Of a stretch of DNA of 64,000 nt, positions 38,376-47,270 are shown one piece after another. Both the position numbers and the translations under genes were made by a program. Source of the stretch: Thermovirgaceae bacterium (GTDB taxonomy: Bacteria; Synergistota; Synergistia; Synergistales; Thermovirgaceae); NCBI GenBank assembly GCA_030656095.1, contig JAUSOU010000086.1:3488-67487 (forward strand). Reading direction: 5' to 3'. The first letter of the stretch is position 1. Each line of letters begins with the position of its first letter. The notes under the pieces are model-generated. The model was not told the DNA's origin, searched no databases, and was given only the letters and a program-made list of their open reading frames with translations.

Positions 38376-40159
38376 TTCCGGGACCCTGGTGGCATCCGCT
38401 TACCTATGAGTTCGACGAATCCTGCATCCGCGGTATCCGTTTGATAGTGCCTGTTCGCGGTTTAGACAGAGTCGCCTTTGCAACCGGTCTTTCCGGGGAA
38501 TCTCCTCCATCCGGACATTTCAGGATACAGAGGGCCAAAAGGGTTCTCGACAACACCCCCCCGCTCGGATGGGAGCTTTTCGAAACCGCCGGCCGTCTAG
38601 GCAGGCATTTCCTTTGCGGCTTCGGGGAGGCCTTGAAGGCGGTTGCTCCCGGGAAGATCATTTCCGGAGGGGAGATTAAGGCTTTTCCTGAAATCAAAGC
38701 TCCACCAGCCGGAAATTTTCGCGAAGAGTTCTGTGATGCCCCGAATTTTGACGACAGGGCGAGGCGCTACACCGAACTGATCAATTGTGGGACCGGCCGC
38801 GTTCTGGCTCTTTTTCCAGAGAAGGAGACGGCTTGTTTTTTCTGGAAAAACCTCCCCGGGGATCTAAGGGAACAAAGCCTCTGCTGGACCTCCAATTCCG
38901 GTCCGGCGGCCATGGATAATTGGGAGAGGACCAGGAGTGGTGAAGTCCGGGTCGTTGTCGGCTCTCCGGCCGCCCTTTTTGCACCCCTTCCCTCTATCGA
39001 GGCAGTCATAGTTGATGATGAAGGGAACCCGTCATACCGCTCCCGGAGGTTCCCTTTCATTCACGCCAGGATCGCCGCTGGCTCAAGGGCGCAGCTTTGG
39101 GGCTCAAGATTCGTGCTGGGTGGCGGAGTTCCATCCTCAAAGAGTTTCTTTCGCAATCCGCGGCGCTGTCCGGAAAGCCCGGGCGACCGCATGATATTTG
39201 TAGATATCGGCAAGTCGAGGAAGATCATGGTCCCCGGGATCCAGTCACCGTTGCCTGTCAGCGATTCAGCCCTGAAAAGAACGCAGGCCATTGTGGCCGA
39301 AAAGAAAACCGCTCTCTGGATCCTTGACAGAAAGGGCTATGCAGGCGGGGTTACATGTGATGAATGCGGGAGGATAATGATCTGCGGCTCATGCGGGCTT
39401 CCTGTTCGATGGGATGATTCAGAGGGGCTTTTCCGCTGCGGGTTCTGCGGCGCAACAAGACCCAGAACCGAAATATGTCCGTTCTGCGGAGGAGTCTCCC
39501 TGCAGGGGTTGAAGGCGGGCCTGGAGAGCCTCCAGAAGATCGGAGAGAACGTCCTTGGAGAGAATTGTCCGGTCTTTACGTGGCACGCCGATATCAAACA
39601 GGCGGCATCTTCAAGGAAGGCGATAGTCAAGAAGCTGTCCTCGGGAGGACTCGTTGTGGGCTCCCGCAAAACCCTCGAACTATGCGATCATATGGCTGTT
39701 GACCTTGTGTGCTGGCTTGACGCGGATTCCGCGGTCAATTCGCCTTTTTACGATGCCAGGAGTGTTGCCTTCAGGATGATCTGGGAGTCAGCATGGAGGG
39801 GAACAGGCCATTCGGAACGAACCGTTCTCCTTCAGAGCAGGGTTCCCGGAACGGGGTGGCAAAAGGGGCTTCTGATCGGATGGGATCATTTTTGGAGGGT
39901 CGAGCTTGATGAGCGCAAGGAGCTGGACCTTCCGCCGTGGAGATTTCTCCTTGAGATAAAAAACCTCGGAAAAAACAAGCCAAGGGCGAGAGATCTCGCT
40001 GTTTCTTCTGGGCTTGAGTGCCTTGACCCGGACCCGTCGGGAGACATATTGTGGGTCAGGTGCGAAAATCTTTCTGTGGCGAGAAAATCGCTCGAACCTC
40101 TGTTCTGCATATCTGAATCAGGCAAGGGTTTCCCCCGAATATCATTGTGGGCGGATTAG
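38357..40159 (+). CDS. priA: PriA-like primosomal protein N' with degenerate ATPase motifs
   Basis: A PriA-type N-terminus, the Cys-rich zinc region CDECG..CGSCG..FRCGFCG..CPFCGG, and the coaBC-priA context. There is no GxGKT P-loop. VDDEGN replaces DEEH and WRGTG replaces GRAGR. Confidence 0.7.
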   Translation: MFIEVIVPGPWWHPLTYEFDESCIRGIRLIVPVRGLDRVAFATGLSGESPPSGHFRIQRAKRVLDNTPPLGWELFETAGRLGRHFLCGFGEALKAVAPGKIISGGEIKAFPEIKAPPAGNFREEFCDAPNFDDRARRYTELINCGTGRVLALFPEKETACFFWKNLPGDLREQSLCWTSNSGPAAMDNWERTRSGEVRVVVGSPAALFAPLPSIEAVIVDDEGNPSYRSRRFPFIHARIAAGSRAQLWGSRFVLGGGVPSSKSFFRNPRRCPESPGDRMIFVDIGKSRKIMVPGIQSPLPVSDSALKRTQAIVAEKKTALWILDRKGYAGGVTCDECGRIMICGSCGLPVRWDDSEGLFRCGFCGATRPRTEICPFCGGVSLQGLKAGLESLQKIGENVLGENCPVFTWHADIKQAASSRKAIVKKLSSGGLVVGSRKTLELCDHMAVDLVCWLDADSAVNSPFYDARSVAFRMIWESAWRGTGHSERTVLLQSRVPGTGWQKGLLIGWDHFWRVELDERKELDLPPWRFLLEIKNLGKNKPRARDLAVSSGLECLDPDPSGDILWVRCENLSVARKSLEPLFCISESGKGFPRISLWAD

Positions 40160-40177
40160 GAAGGGAATGATCCAATA

Positions 40178-41500
40178 ATGGCAATTGTGGCAATTATCGG
40201 AAGACCCAACGTAGGGAAATCCTCTCTCTTCAACAGGATAGTAGGTAAAAGAACGGCCATTGTAGACGACCAGCCTGGAGTAACAAGAGACAGGATCTAT
40301 GGAGAGGTTGAGCAGCACGGCCGCAGGTTCCTTCTGGTAGATACGGGCGGCTTGTTTCCCGAGGGGGGGGACAGCCTTGCCGAAAGCATAAGGAGACAAG
40401 TTCTGCTGGCCCTTGAAGAGAGCGATCTGCTTGTGCTGGTGATCGACGGCAAGGAGGGCATCACTACCCTTGACAGGGATATTGCCCTTTTCCTGAGAAA
40501 GAAAGGTAAACCGGTGATCGTGGCGGCAAACAAGGTGGACGATCTTATGCATGAATCAAGGGTTCTTGAGGCCCACTCGCTTGGTTTCAGCGATGTATTC
40601 GGCGTAAGCGCGGCTCATGGAAGAAACATGGAGGATCTGCTTGACCGGATCCTGTCGCTTCTTCCGGAGGATGAAGCCGCCAGGGACGAGGGATCCGAGG
40701 AGATAGCGGTAGCCATTGTCGGGCGCCCGAATGTTGGAAAATCCACCCTCCTTAACCTGCTCTCAGGTACGGAGCGCTCGATGGTGAGCCCAATTCCCGG
40801 CACTACCAGGGATTCGGTCGACTCACTGGTATCAATTGAAGGCAGATCGTTCCGGCTGATAGACACGGCGGGCCTGAGAAAAAGAAGCAGAATCAGCTCC
40901 AATGTTGAGTTTTATTCGCTGGTGCGTACGCATGACAGCATCGACCGCTGTGATGTGGCGGTTCTTCTCATGGAGGGGAGCGAACTCTGTACAGAACAGG
41001 ATAAGAAAGTGGCCGGGCTGGTTCTTGAAAAAGGGAAAGGGCTTGTCCTTGCCGTAAACAAGTGGGACATCCTGCCCAAGGTGCCGGAACTTGGAGACAA
41101 GATCACGCATAAACTACGGGAAGAGATGCCGTTTGTCGATTTTGCTCCCGTTATCTTCATTTCGGGTCTGACAGGGAGAGGTGTCCACAAGCTTCCGGAG
41201 ACCATTGTCAAGGTGCAGTCAAACCGGGTGCGCCGGATGGAGAGTTCCAGGCTGAATGCACTGATGAGGGATGTGCTTTCATTCGAGAGGATGCCTTTGG
41301 GTCCACGGGGGCTTGCCTTGAGAATAAGGAGCTGTTCACAGGTTGCTGTGAACCCCCCGGCGTTCGTGTTTTTAGTGAACGATCCCCACATCGTAACGAA
41401 ATCTTTCGAGAGGCATGTCCTTAACAAGATAAGGGAGCTCGATGATTTCGAGGGAACTCCCCTGCGGATTTTCTGGAGAAGCAAGGAAAAACCCAGATAA
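40178..41500 (+). CDS. der: Ribosome biogenesis GTPase Der (EngA)
   Basis: Two G domains (GRPNVGKSSLFN and GRPNVGKSTLLN) plus a KH-like C-terminus. Confidence 0.95.
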   Translation: MAIVAIIGRPNVGKSSLFNRIVGKRTAIVDDQPGVTRDRIYGEVEQHGRRFLLVDTGGLFPEGGDSLAESIRRQVLLALEESDLLVLVIDGKEGITTLDRDIALFLRKKGKPVIVAANKVDDLMHESRVLEAHSLGFSDVFGVSAAHGRNMEDLLDRILSLLPEDEAARDEGSEEIAVAIVGRPNVGKSTLLNLLSGTERSMVSPIPGTTRDSVDSLVSIEGRSFRLIDTAGLRKRSRISSNVEFYSLVRTHDSIDRCDVAVLLMEGSELCTEQDKKVAGLVLEKGKGLVLAVNKWDILPKVPELGDKITHKLREEMPFVDFAPVIFISGLTGRGVHKLPETIVKVQSNRVRRMESSRLNALMRDVLSFERMPLGPRGLALRIRSCSQVAVNPPAFVFLVNDPHIVTKSFERHVLNKIRELDDFEGTPLRIFWRSKEKPR

Positions 41501-41513
41501 ATCTCAAAAACCC

Positions 41514-41542
41514 TTGACCTCTTCTGCCGCAAATGATATTAA
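41514..41542 (+). promoter_or_regulatory. Candidate hup promoter (TTGACC-17-TATTAA)
   Basis: Hexamers at 41514-41519 and 41537-41542. Confidence 0.45.
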
Positions 41543-41615
41543 CTAATAATATGCCGTCAGGATTGAAATACGCGGCAGTCAAGGTCAACCCAAATGGGTG
41601 GGAGGTGTGCATAAG

Positions 41616-41891
41616 ATGACCAAGGCGGATCTGATCAACGCGGTAGCAAAATCTGCTTGCATCAGCAAGAAACAGGCCAATGTGGCTGTCGCATCGACCC
41701 TTGATGCGATCGGCAATTCGTTGTCCAGGGGGGAAAGGGTTCAGATTGTAGGGTTCGGCACTTTCGAAGTTCGCGCAAGAGCTCCCAGAAAGGGTAGAAA
41801 CCCCCAGGATCCGAAGAAGATCATCAACATTCCCGGGAAAAAGGTTCCCGCTTTCCGCCCGGGGAAAACACTGAAGGACAAGGTTCGCTGA
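41616..41891 (+). CDS. hup: HU family DNA-binding protein
   Basis: MTKADLINAVA..VQIVGFGTFEVRARAPRKGRNPQ..PAFRPGK. GGGAGGTG precedes the ATG at 41616. Confidence 0.93.
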   Translation: MTKADLINAVAKSACISKKQANVAVASTLDAIGNSLSRGERVQIVGFGTFEVRARAPRKGRNPQDPKKIINIPGKKVPAFRPGKTLKDKVR

Positions 41892-41929
41892 CGCTAGATT
41901 TATTCCGGTTTCATGGGTCAGCTTTTTGA

Positions 41930-41965
41930 GGCAGGCGGCAGAGTCATGGCTGTCTGCCTTTTTTT
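41930..41965 (+). terminator. Rho-independent terminator after hup (it overlaps the 3' end of the convergent rsmA)
   Basis: GGCAGGCGG (41930-38) pairs with CTGTCTGCC (41950-58), including G-U pairs. T7 lies at 41959-41965. Confidence 0.65.
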
Positions 41966-42780
41966 GTCTTATCCAGCGTATCGAAACCTTTGTGAAGATC
42001 CTTCCATTGACCGATCTCGAGTTCCTCGGCCCGGACCAACGGAGGCAGGCCCAGCGAGCCCAGAAGCTGTAATATCCCCTCCCGGATTTCAGGGAAATTC
42101 CTGGTCAGGTTGTTTGCAAGGGTCTTCCTCCTTTGGGAGAACCCTGAACGAATAAGCGATCTCCAGGAAGGGGAGTTTGGGAGGGCGTAGTTGCCCGTGA
42201 TCCTGATCTCCAGAAGCGCGGATGTGACGGAGGGGGAGGGGCGGAAGGCTTCTGGCGGGACCAGCCTCAGAATTTGCGCCTCCCCCATGGAGAGGATAGT
42301 GACCCCGAGTGGGTATCGGTCCTTGCAGCGGGCCGGGGCGCAGATCCTAACGGCGGCTTCCTTCTGGACCATGAGCAGGAGATAGTTGAGGCCGTATCCG
42401 GCAAGCGATTCCAGGACCTTCCAGATGAGAGGGGTGGTTATGTGATATGGAATATTGGCGACCATCTTGTTTGGAACAGGGTCGAATGATCCAGGGAAAC
42501 CGCCCCTGAGGGCGTCCCCCCAAAAGAGTCTCAGGTTTTCGTATCTCTCCGAAAGGCTTGCAAGATATGGTTCAAGGGAACGATCGATCTCCAGAGCATA
42601 GAGGGTTTTCGGTCCGTTTTCAAGGATCCCCTTTGTGAGAACCCCTTTCCCGGCTCCGACTTCCAGAATCGTGTCATCAGGTCCGATGGAGGCATGCCTG
42701 AGTATATCCTTAAGGATGTTCTGGTCTATCAGGAAATTCTGGCCTATTTTTGTGTTGGCTCTGTGATAGATTTCTGCCAT
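41944..42780 (-). CDS. rsmA: 16S rRNA (adenine1518/1519-N6)-dimethyltransferase
   Basis: IGQNFLIDQNIL..ILEVGAGKGVLT..NIPYHITTP. Start taken at the ATG at 42780. Confidence 0.9.
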   Translation of the reverse strand: MAEIYHRANTKIGQNFLIDQNILKDILRHASIGPDDTILEVGAGKGVLTKGILENGPKTLYALEIDRSLEPYLASLSERYENLRLFWGDALRGGFPGSFDPVPNKMVANIPYHITTPLIWKVLESLAGYGLNYLLLMVQKEAAVRICAPARCKDRYPLGVTILSMGEAQILRLVPPEAFRPSPSVTSALLEIRITGNYALPNSPSWRSLIRSGFSQRRKTLANNLTRNFPEIREGILQLLGSLGLPPLVRAEELEIGQWKDLHKGFDTLDKTKKGRQP

Positions 42781-42810
42781 TCTCCGAACCCCCGGTAAAA
42801 CGAGCGAGAT

Positions 42811-42840
42811 AAAAAAGCGGGAGACCAAAAGGTCTCCCGC
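42811..42840 (-). terminator. Rho-independent terminator downstream of tRNA-Pro
   Basis: On the minus strand, GCGGGAGACC-TTTT-GGTCTCCCGC is followed by T6. The plus-strand stem spans 42817-42826 and 42831-42840, with the A6 tract at 42811-42816. Confidence 0.8.
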
Positions 42841-42849
42841 TTTGAGCGC

Positions 42850-42927
42850 TGGTCGGGACGAGAGGATTTGAACCTCCGACCCCTTGACCCCCAGTCAAGT
42901 GCGCTAACCAGACTGCGCTACGTCCCG
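42850..42927 (-). tRNA. tRNA-Pro (GGG anticodon), CCA encoded
   Basis: The reverse complement is CGGGACGTAGCGCAGTCTGGTTAGCGCACTTGACTGGGGGTCAAGGGGTCGGAGGTTCAAATCCTCTCGTCCCGACCA. The acceptor pairs CGGGACG/CGTCCCG and the anticodon loop is CTGGGGG. Confidence 0.9.
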
Positions 42928-42939
42928 TAGGCGTCGAAC

Positions 42940-42968
42940 ATTGTATCCCTGTTCAAAGTATCGGTCAA
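42940..42968 (-). promoter_or_regulatory. Candidate tRNA-Pro promoter (TTGACC-17-TACAAT)
   Basis: On the minus strand, TTGACC is at 42968-42963 and TACAAT at 42945-42940. The tRNA 5' end lies about 12 nt downstream. Confidence 0.5.
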
Positions 42969-43005
42969 GGAAAGAAACGAGACCGGTTTACCGTTCAATC
43001 CCGGA

Positions 43006-43950
43006 TCAGGATTGGGGCTCCCAGGTTTCCCCGCACAGTTTGAGAACGTAATTCCACTCTTCTTCGATGTCCTTCTGGAGATCCTCGATAATCTTCTTGC
43101 CCGTTTCACCCTTCATGAGATGTTTGAAGCGTCCCTGGGGTTTGAGGAACTCCTCGACCGGGGCAAATTTTTTGGGTTTGTAGCCCAGTTTCCACTCCCC
43201 GTCGATCACTTCGTAGATCGGCCAGAAGCGGGTTTCGACTGCCAGCTTGCAGATCTCCCTCTGCATGGAAGGCTCGAGGCGCCAGAACAGAACGCATGGG
43301 GCCAGCACGTTGACGAATGCCGGTCCAGGGGTTTCGACGGCTCTTTTTATCTTCTCGATGAGCTCCATGGGGTTGAAAATAGTTGTCTGTGCGACATAGG
43401 GAATATGATGGGCAGCCATTATCGCGGTAAGATCCTTGGGTTTCTGGATCTTGCCGGGTATGACGGTTCCCGCGGGTGACGTGCTGGCACTGGCTCCTTT
43501 TGGTGTCGCGCTGCTTCTCTGCGCGCCTGTGTTCATGTATCCCTGGTTGTTGTAGCAGATATAGGTGAAGTCATGGCCGCGCTCCGCCGCACCGGAAAGA
43601 GACTGAAGGCCGATGTCGTAGGTGCCTCCGTCACCGCCGAAGGCGATGAACTTGATGTCTTTTTTGATCTTTCCCCGTTTTTTCAGGGCCACATAGGCGG
43701 CCTCGATCCCGGATACGTTGGCTCCGGCGTTTTCAAATGCAGTGTGCAGGAAGGGCACGCTCCATGAATTATAGGGGTAGATCGTTGTTGAAACCTCAAG
43801 ACAGCCGGTCGCCGCGGTTATGACGACGGGCTGTTCGATGGCAAGAAGCGCCTGCTGGACAACGGTGGGAGCACCGCAGCCAGGGCACATCCTGTGCCCC
43901 TGCCGCATGGCCCGTTCCTTGGTGATAAGGTCTTTCAGTTTGACAGCCAT
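43006..43950 (-). CDS. porB: 2-oxoacid:ferredoxin oxidoreductase beta subunit (TPP-binding), probably pyruvate synthase
   Basis: GHRMCPGCGAP..GGDGGTYDIG.. Confidence 0.85.
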   Translation of the reverse strand: MAVKLKDLITKERAMRQGHRMCPGCGAPTVVQQALLAIEQPVVITAATGCLEVSTTIYPYNSWSVPFLHTAFENAGANVSGIEAAYVALKKRGKIKKDIKFIAFGGDGGTYDIGLQSLSGAAERGHDFTYICYNNQGYMNTGAQRSSATPKGASASTSPAGTVIPGKIQKPKDLTAIMAAHHIPYVAQTTIFNPMELIEKIKRAVETPGPAFVNVLAPCVLFWRLEPSMQREICKLAVETRFWPIYEVIDGEWKLGYKPKKFAPVEEFLKPQGRFKHLMKGETGKKIIEDLQKDIEEEWNYVLKLCGETWEPQS

Positions 43951-43963
43951 CCTGGAGCACCCC

Positions 43964-45139
43964 CTATTCCCTGAGTCCGAGGTAGCGTTCCTCGGGGCTC
44001 ATTTTCTTGTTGATCAGATCCATGAACGCCTCTTCAGCGTTATGGGGGAAGAAGTCCCTCCCGCCAAGTCCGTAAACGTATGTGTTGGCAGGAATGTGGA
44101 TCCCGGCGTCATAAAGAGCTCCCTTGATCTCCGTGAAGAGAGGCGCAGGCGCCCCGAGGCTTGCGGCTCTGTCGCAGACGGCTATTGCTTTCGCTCCCTT
44201 GAGTGCGTCGACTATGACCTTGGCGGGGAAGGGGCGGAACAGCCTGATCCTGAGGCATCCGACCTTGTGCCCTTTTTCTCTCAGGCGGTCGACGGTCTCC
44301 TTGGATGCTCCAGCTGCCGAGGACATTATCACCATGATGTAATCTGCGTCCTCGGTTCTGTACTTGTCGACCAACGGGTAGTTTCTCCCCGTGATCTTTG
44401 CGAATTCAGCGGCCACATCCAGGTAGGCCTTCTCGACATGTTTCATCGCCTCGACCTGCTGGCGCTTGATCTCGAAGTAGTAGTCAGTCAGCACCAGGGA
44501 TCCGTAGGCGACCGGGTTATCCACGTCAAGAAGCGGGAAGAGAGGGTCTCTCTCGCCGATGAACTTCCTGACGACGTCGTCATCCATAAATTCGATCGGC
44601 TCGAAGCAGTGGCTGGTGATGAAACCGTCCTGGCATACGAATATCGGAAGGAGAACATCCTTCTGTTCTGCGATCCGCACAGCCATTATCGTTGTGTCAT
44701 AGACTTCCTGGCCGTCCTCGCAGTAGATATGGATCCATCCCGAATCACGCTCCGCCATGCTGTCGCCGTGGTCGCAATGGATGTTGATGGGAGCACCGAG
44801 CGACCTGTTGACGAGACCGAAAACGATCGGGGCCCTGTAGGAAGCGGCGATCGGGAATATTTCGTGCATCAGGGCAACTCCGTTTGCGCTGGATGCCGTC
44901 ATTACCCGTGCACCTGATACGGAGGCCGCAACACATGCGCTGATGGCTGAGTGTTCGCTTTCAACGGTAACCAGGTTGGTATCGACGAGTCCGTCGGCGA
45001 CGAACTCCGAAAACCTCATGGGAATGTCAGTCGAGGGAGTTATCGGATAAGCTGCAACCACGTCAGGGTTGATCTGCCTCATGGCCTCGGCCACTGCCCA
45101 GTTTCCGGAAGTGATGTCCTTTCTCGGCATCTGATTCAC
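43964..45139 (-). CDS. porA: 2-oxoacid:ferredoxin oxidoreductase alpha subunit
   Basis: 391 aa, with SGNWAVAEA..AAYPITPSTDI.. Confidence 0.85.
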   Translation of the reverse strand: MNQMPRKDITSGNWAVAEAMRQINPDVVAAYPITPSTDIPMRFSEFVADGLVDTNLVTVESEHSAISACVAASVSGARVMTASSANGVALMHEIFPIAASYRAPIVFGLVNRSLGAPINIHCDHGDSMAERDSGWIHIYCEDGQEVYDTTIMAVRIAEQKDVLLPIFVCQDGFITSHCFEPIEFMDDDVVRKFIGERDPLFPLLDVDNPVAYGSLVLTDYYFEIKRQQVEAMKHVEKAYLDVAAEFAKITGRNYPLVDKYRTEDADYIMVIMSSAAGASKETVDRLREKGHKVGCLRIRLFRPFPAKVIVDALKGAKAIAVCDRAASLGAPAPLFTEIKGALYDAGIHIPANTYVYGLGGRDFFPHNAEEAFMDLINKKMSPEERYLGLRE

Positions 45140-45158
45140 ATCCTTTCGATCGGCAGGG

Positions 45159-45455
45159 CTACTGCTCGATAAATTCTGATTCAGGCCGCATCTCTATGGC
45201 CTTTTTGGGGCAGACTGCCGCACATATGCCGCAGCCCTTGCAGTAAAAATAATCGACTCCCGTGACTTTTCCGTCGGCATTCGCCTTGATGGATTTGTCG
45301 GGACATTGTATCCAGCACTGGAGGCAGTGAATGCATTCCTTCTCGTCCCATATTGGGCGCATGCTTCGCCACTGGCCTGTCTGTACGGCCTCGGAGGTCG
45401 AAGCCGGTACTGTCGTGGCTAGAGGCAGGTCTTGCCAGCCTTTGAGTGAACTCAT
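45159..45455 (-). CDS. porD: 2-oxoacid:ferredoxin oxidoreductase delta subunit (2x[4Fe-4S])
   Basis: CIHCLQCWIQCPD and CKGCGICAAVCPK. Confidence 0.85.
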   Translation of the reverse strand: MSSLKGWQDLPLATTVPASTSEAVQTGQWRSMRPIWDEKECIHCLQCWIQCPDKSIKANADGKVTGVDYFYCKGCGICAAVCPKKAIEMRPESEFIEQ

Positions 45456-46027
45456 CCCTGCTGCACCTCCTCGAAACCGCGTTTAATTGCGTTATGGTTG
45501 GCCTTGAGAACTTTTTCAGAGAGCTTGGTGCCCATTTTGTGGGTGAAATGGTCAATGAACGCCTGCACGGGAACATCCTTGAAACAGTGAGACAGTGCCC
45601 CAAGCATGGGGGCATTGGGCCTGTTCTGGCCGAATTCCTCTAGAGTGATCTTTGTTGCGTCCACGCTCATGAGTTTTGCTGAAGATGGAATCCCGAGCTT
45701 TTTCCTGATAGAAGCGGGTGAATCGGGGGAGTTGATGATATAGATCGTATTGTCCTTGCCTCCCTCTGTCGGTTTGACGGCTTCGATAAGGGTAGGATCG
45801 ATCAGAACAACAATATCCGGCTGGAGAACGCCTGAACGAACACGTATCGGTTTGTCCGAAACTCTGTTGAAGGCTTTCATGGGCGCTCCCTGACGCTCCG
45901 CCCCGTATTCCGGGAACGACTGGGTGAATTTCCCGGCCTCGAAAAGAACCTCCGCCAAGATAGCGGAGCCCGTCTTGGCCCCCTGCCCTCCCCGTCCATG
46001 CCATCGAACTTCGATGACTTCTGACAT
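45452..46027 (-). CDS. porC: 2-oxoacid:ferredoxin oxidoreductase gamma subunit
   Basis: VRWHGRGGQGAKT.. The gamma-delta-alpha-beta order is typical of four-subunit POR/VOR enzymes. AAGGAGGGG precedes the ATG. Confidence 0.85.
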   Translation of the reverse strand: MSEVIEVRWHGRGGQGAKTGSAILAEVLFEAGKFTQSFPEYGAERQGAPMKAFNRVSDKPIRVRSGVLQPDIVVLIDPTLIEAVKPTEGGKDNTIYIINSPDSPASIRKKLGIPSSAKLMSVDATKITLEEFGQNRPNAPMLGALSHCFKDVPVQAFIDHFTHKMGTKLSEKVLKANHNAIKRGFEEVQQG

Positions 46028-46250
46028 AAATTACCCCTCCTTAATGGAAGATCCGTTGGATCGGTAAAATAAAACCTTTTTAAAAAACGCTTATTGGCAC
46101 CACATCCCTAACAGTAACAGTGATCCCAAGGGAGCCTGGGCGATTCTGGTTCGCTTCACAGCTCTTTTTGCTTATAATGGAAAAACGTATCGGAAACACA
46201 AAAGTAGATTATCTGAATAACATGACCAGAAAGCAATAATCTGCATGTAT

Positions 46251-46278
46251 ATTGTATGTAGGCTTTGAAGGCTGTCAA
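46251..46278 (-). promoter_or_regulatory. Candidate por operon promoter (TTGACA-16-TACAAT), implying a leader of about 215 nt
   Basis: On the minus strand, TTGACA is at 46278-46273 and TACAAT at 46256-46251. Confidence 0.45.
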
Positions 46279-46334
46279 GAGGAAACCGGTTTTTTTTCGG
46301 TTCAATCTTTGCTGATTCGGGAGGTGCCCGGGAC

Positions 46335-47270
46335 TTGATCCCTGTCAACAGGATCTTTTTGAATGAAAATCCGGAAGCGAAGATAGCCTTGACAGCAGGG
46401 AGCGATCCGCCCTTCCGTGCGGTAGAAATTGGTTTCGGAAACGGCGAATTTCTTGAACATGTCGCCATGGCAAGGCCGGAAGGCGTATTTTTCGGAATTG
46501 AGGTTTCGTTGCACTGTGCGATGAAGGCCGTAAAGCGCATTCAGCGTTCCGGCTGCGAAAACGTCAGGATCCTCTTCGGGGATGCCCGCTTCCTTCTGGG
46601 AGAGTGCTTTCCCCCGGAATGGCTTCATGCCGTGTACATGAACTTTCCCTGCCCATGGCCCAAGAGCAGACACGCCAAAAGAAGGGTAACTTACAGCGGT
46701 TTTGCGGATGTTCTTGCAGGATCCCTTGTCAACGGGGGAGTTTTCGAACTCCTTACCGACGACAGGATCTACGCGGAAGAGGTGGCAAGGGTTATTCCCG
46801 CTCACCCCGCCCTCGAGATAGAGGAGATCTGTCTCGATCCGAAAAGGGATATTCAGACAAAATACGAGCGAAAGTGGCGGGAGCAGGGCAAGGATATCTT
46901 CCTTCTGCGTTTCAGAAAGAAAATCCCGTATTTCTCCGGAAGATCAAAAAAGGGGGAACAGGAATTGCATTCGGTCCTTGAAAGAGCGTGCCCGACATTC
47001 GATGGGTTACAGTCCCTTGCAGAAATGGAGGGCGGAGAACATTCCTGCCGGTGGGTCTTCAAAGATAGCTACGTAAGCACTTCCGGCGTGATGCTTCTCG
47101 AGACGATCACTTCCGACGACGGGTTCAGGCAATCCTTTTTCATCAGGATCGTCCCGAGGGAGGAGGGGTGCCTGGTGAAGATAGACGCTCTGTCCCGACC
47201 ATTCCGCACTCCATCTGTCGTCATGGCCTTTGAGCGCCTTGTGGATCACCTCCGGTGTGAGATCACATGA
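46335..47270 (+). CDS. trmB: tRNA (guanine46-N7)-methyltransferase with a C-terminal extension of about 115 aa and unknown function
   Basis: VEIGFGNGEFL..GIEV..MNFPCPWPKSRHAKRR. GGGAGGTG lies 8 nt before the TTG at 46335. Confidence 0.85.
   Translation: MIPVNRIFLNENPEAKIALTAGSDPPFRAVEIGFGNGEFLEHVAMARPEGVFFGIEVSLHCAMKAVKRIQRSGCENVRILFGDARFLLGECFPPEWLHAVYMNFPCPWPKSRHAKRRVTYSGFADVLAGSLVNGGVFELLTDDRIYAEEVARVIPAHPALEIEEICLDPKRDIQTKYERKWREQGKDIFLLRFRKKIPYFSGRSKKGEQELHSVLERACPTFDGLQSLAEMEGGEHSCRWVFKDSYVSTSGVMLLETITSDDGFRQSFFIRIVPREEGCLVKIDALSRPFRTPSVVMAFERLVDHLRCEIT

Noticed and set aside
43820-44917. A 365-aa plus-strand ORF antisense to porA/porB. Similar long antisense ORFs occur at 54193-55134, 29744-30664, 23839-24639, 37619-38395, 50014-50805, 40912-41532 and 14516-15157.
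   Set aside because: All of them lie fully inside strongly recognisable housekeeping genes on the other strand. They have Arg/Ser/Pro/Gly-rich low-complexity composition and no RBS or family resemblance. These are typical shadow ORFs of a genome with about 55% GC.
46177-46239. A 20-codon mini-ORF (MEKRIGNTKVDYLNNMTRKQ) in the por/trmB intergenic region.
   Set aside because: It has no RBS, and its ATG overlaps the putative -10 box. Nothing suggests a leader peptide function.
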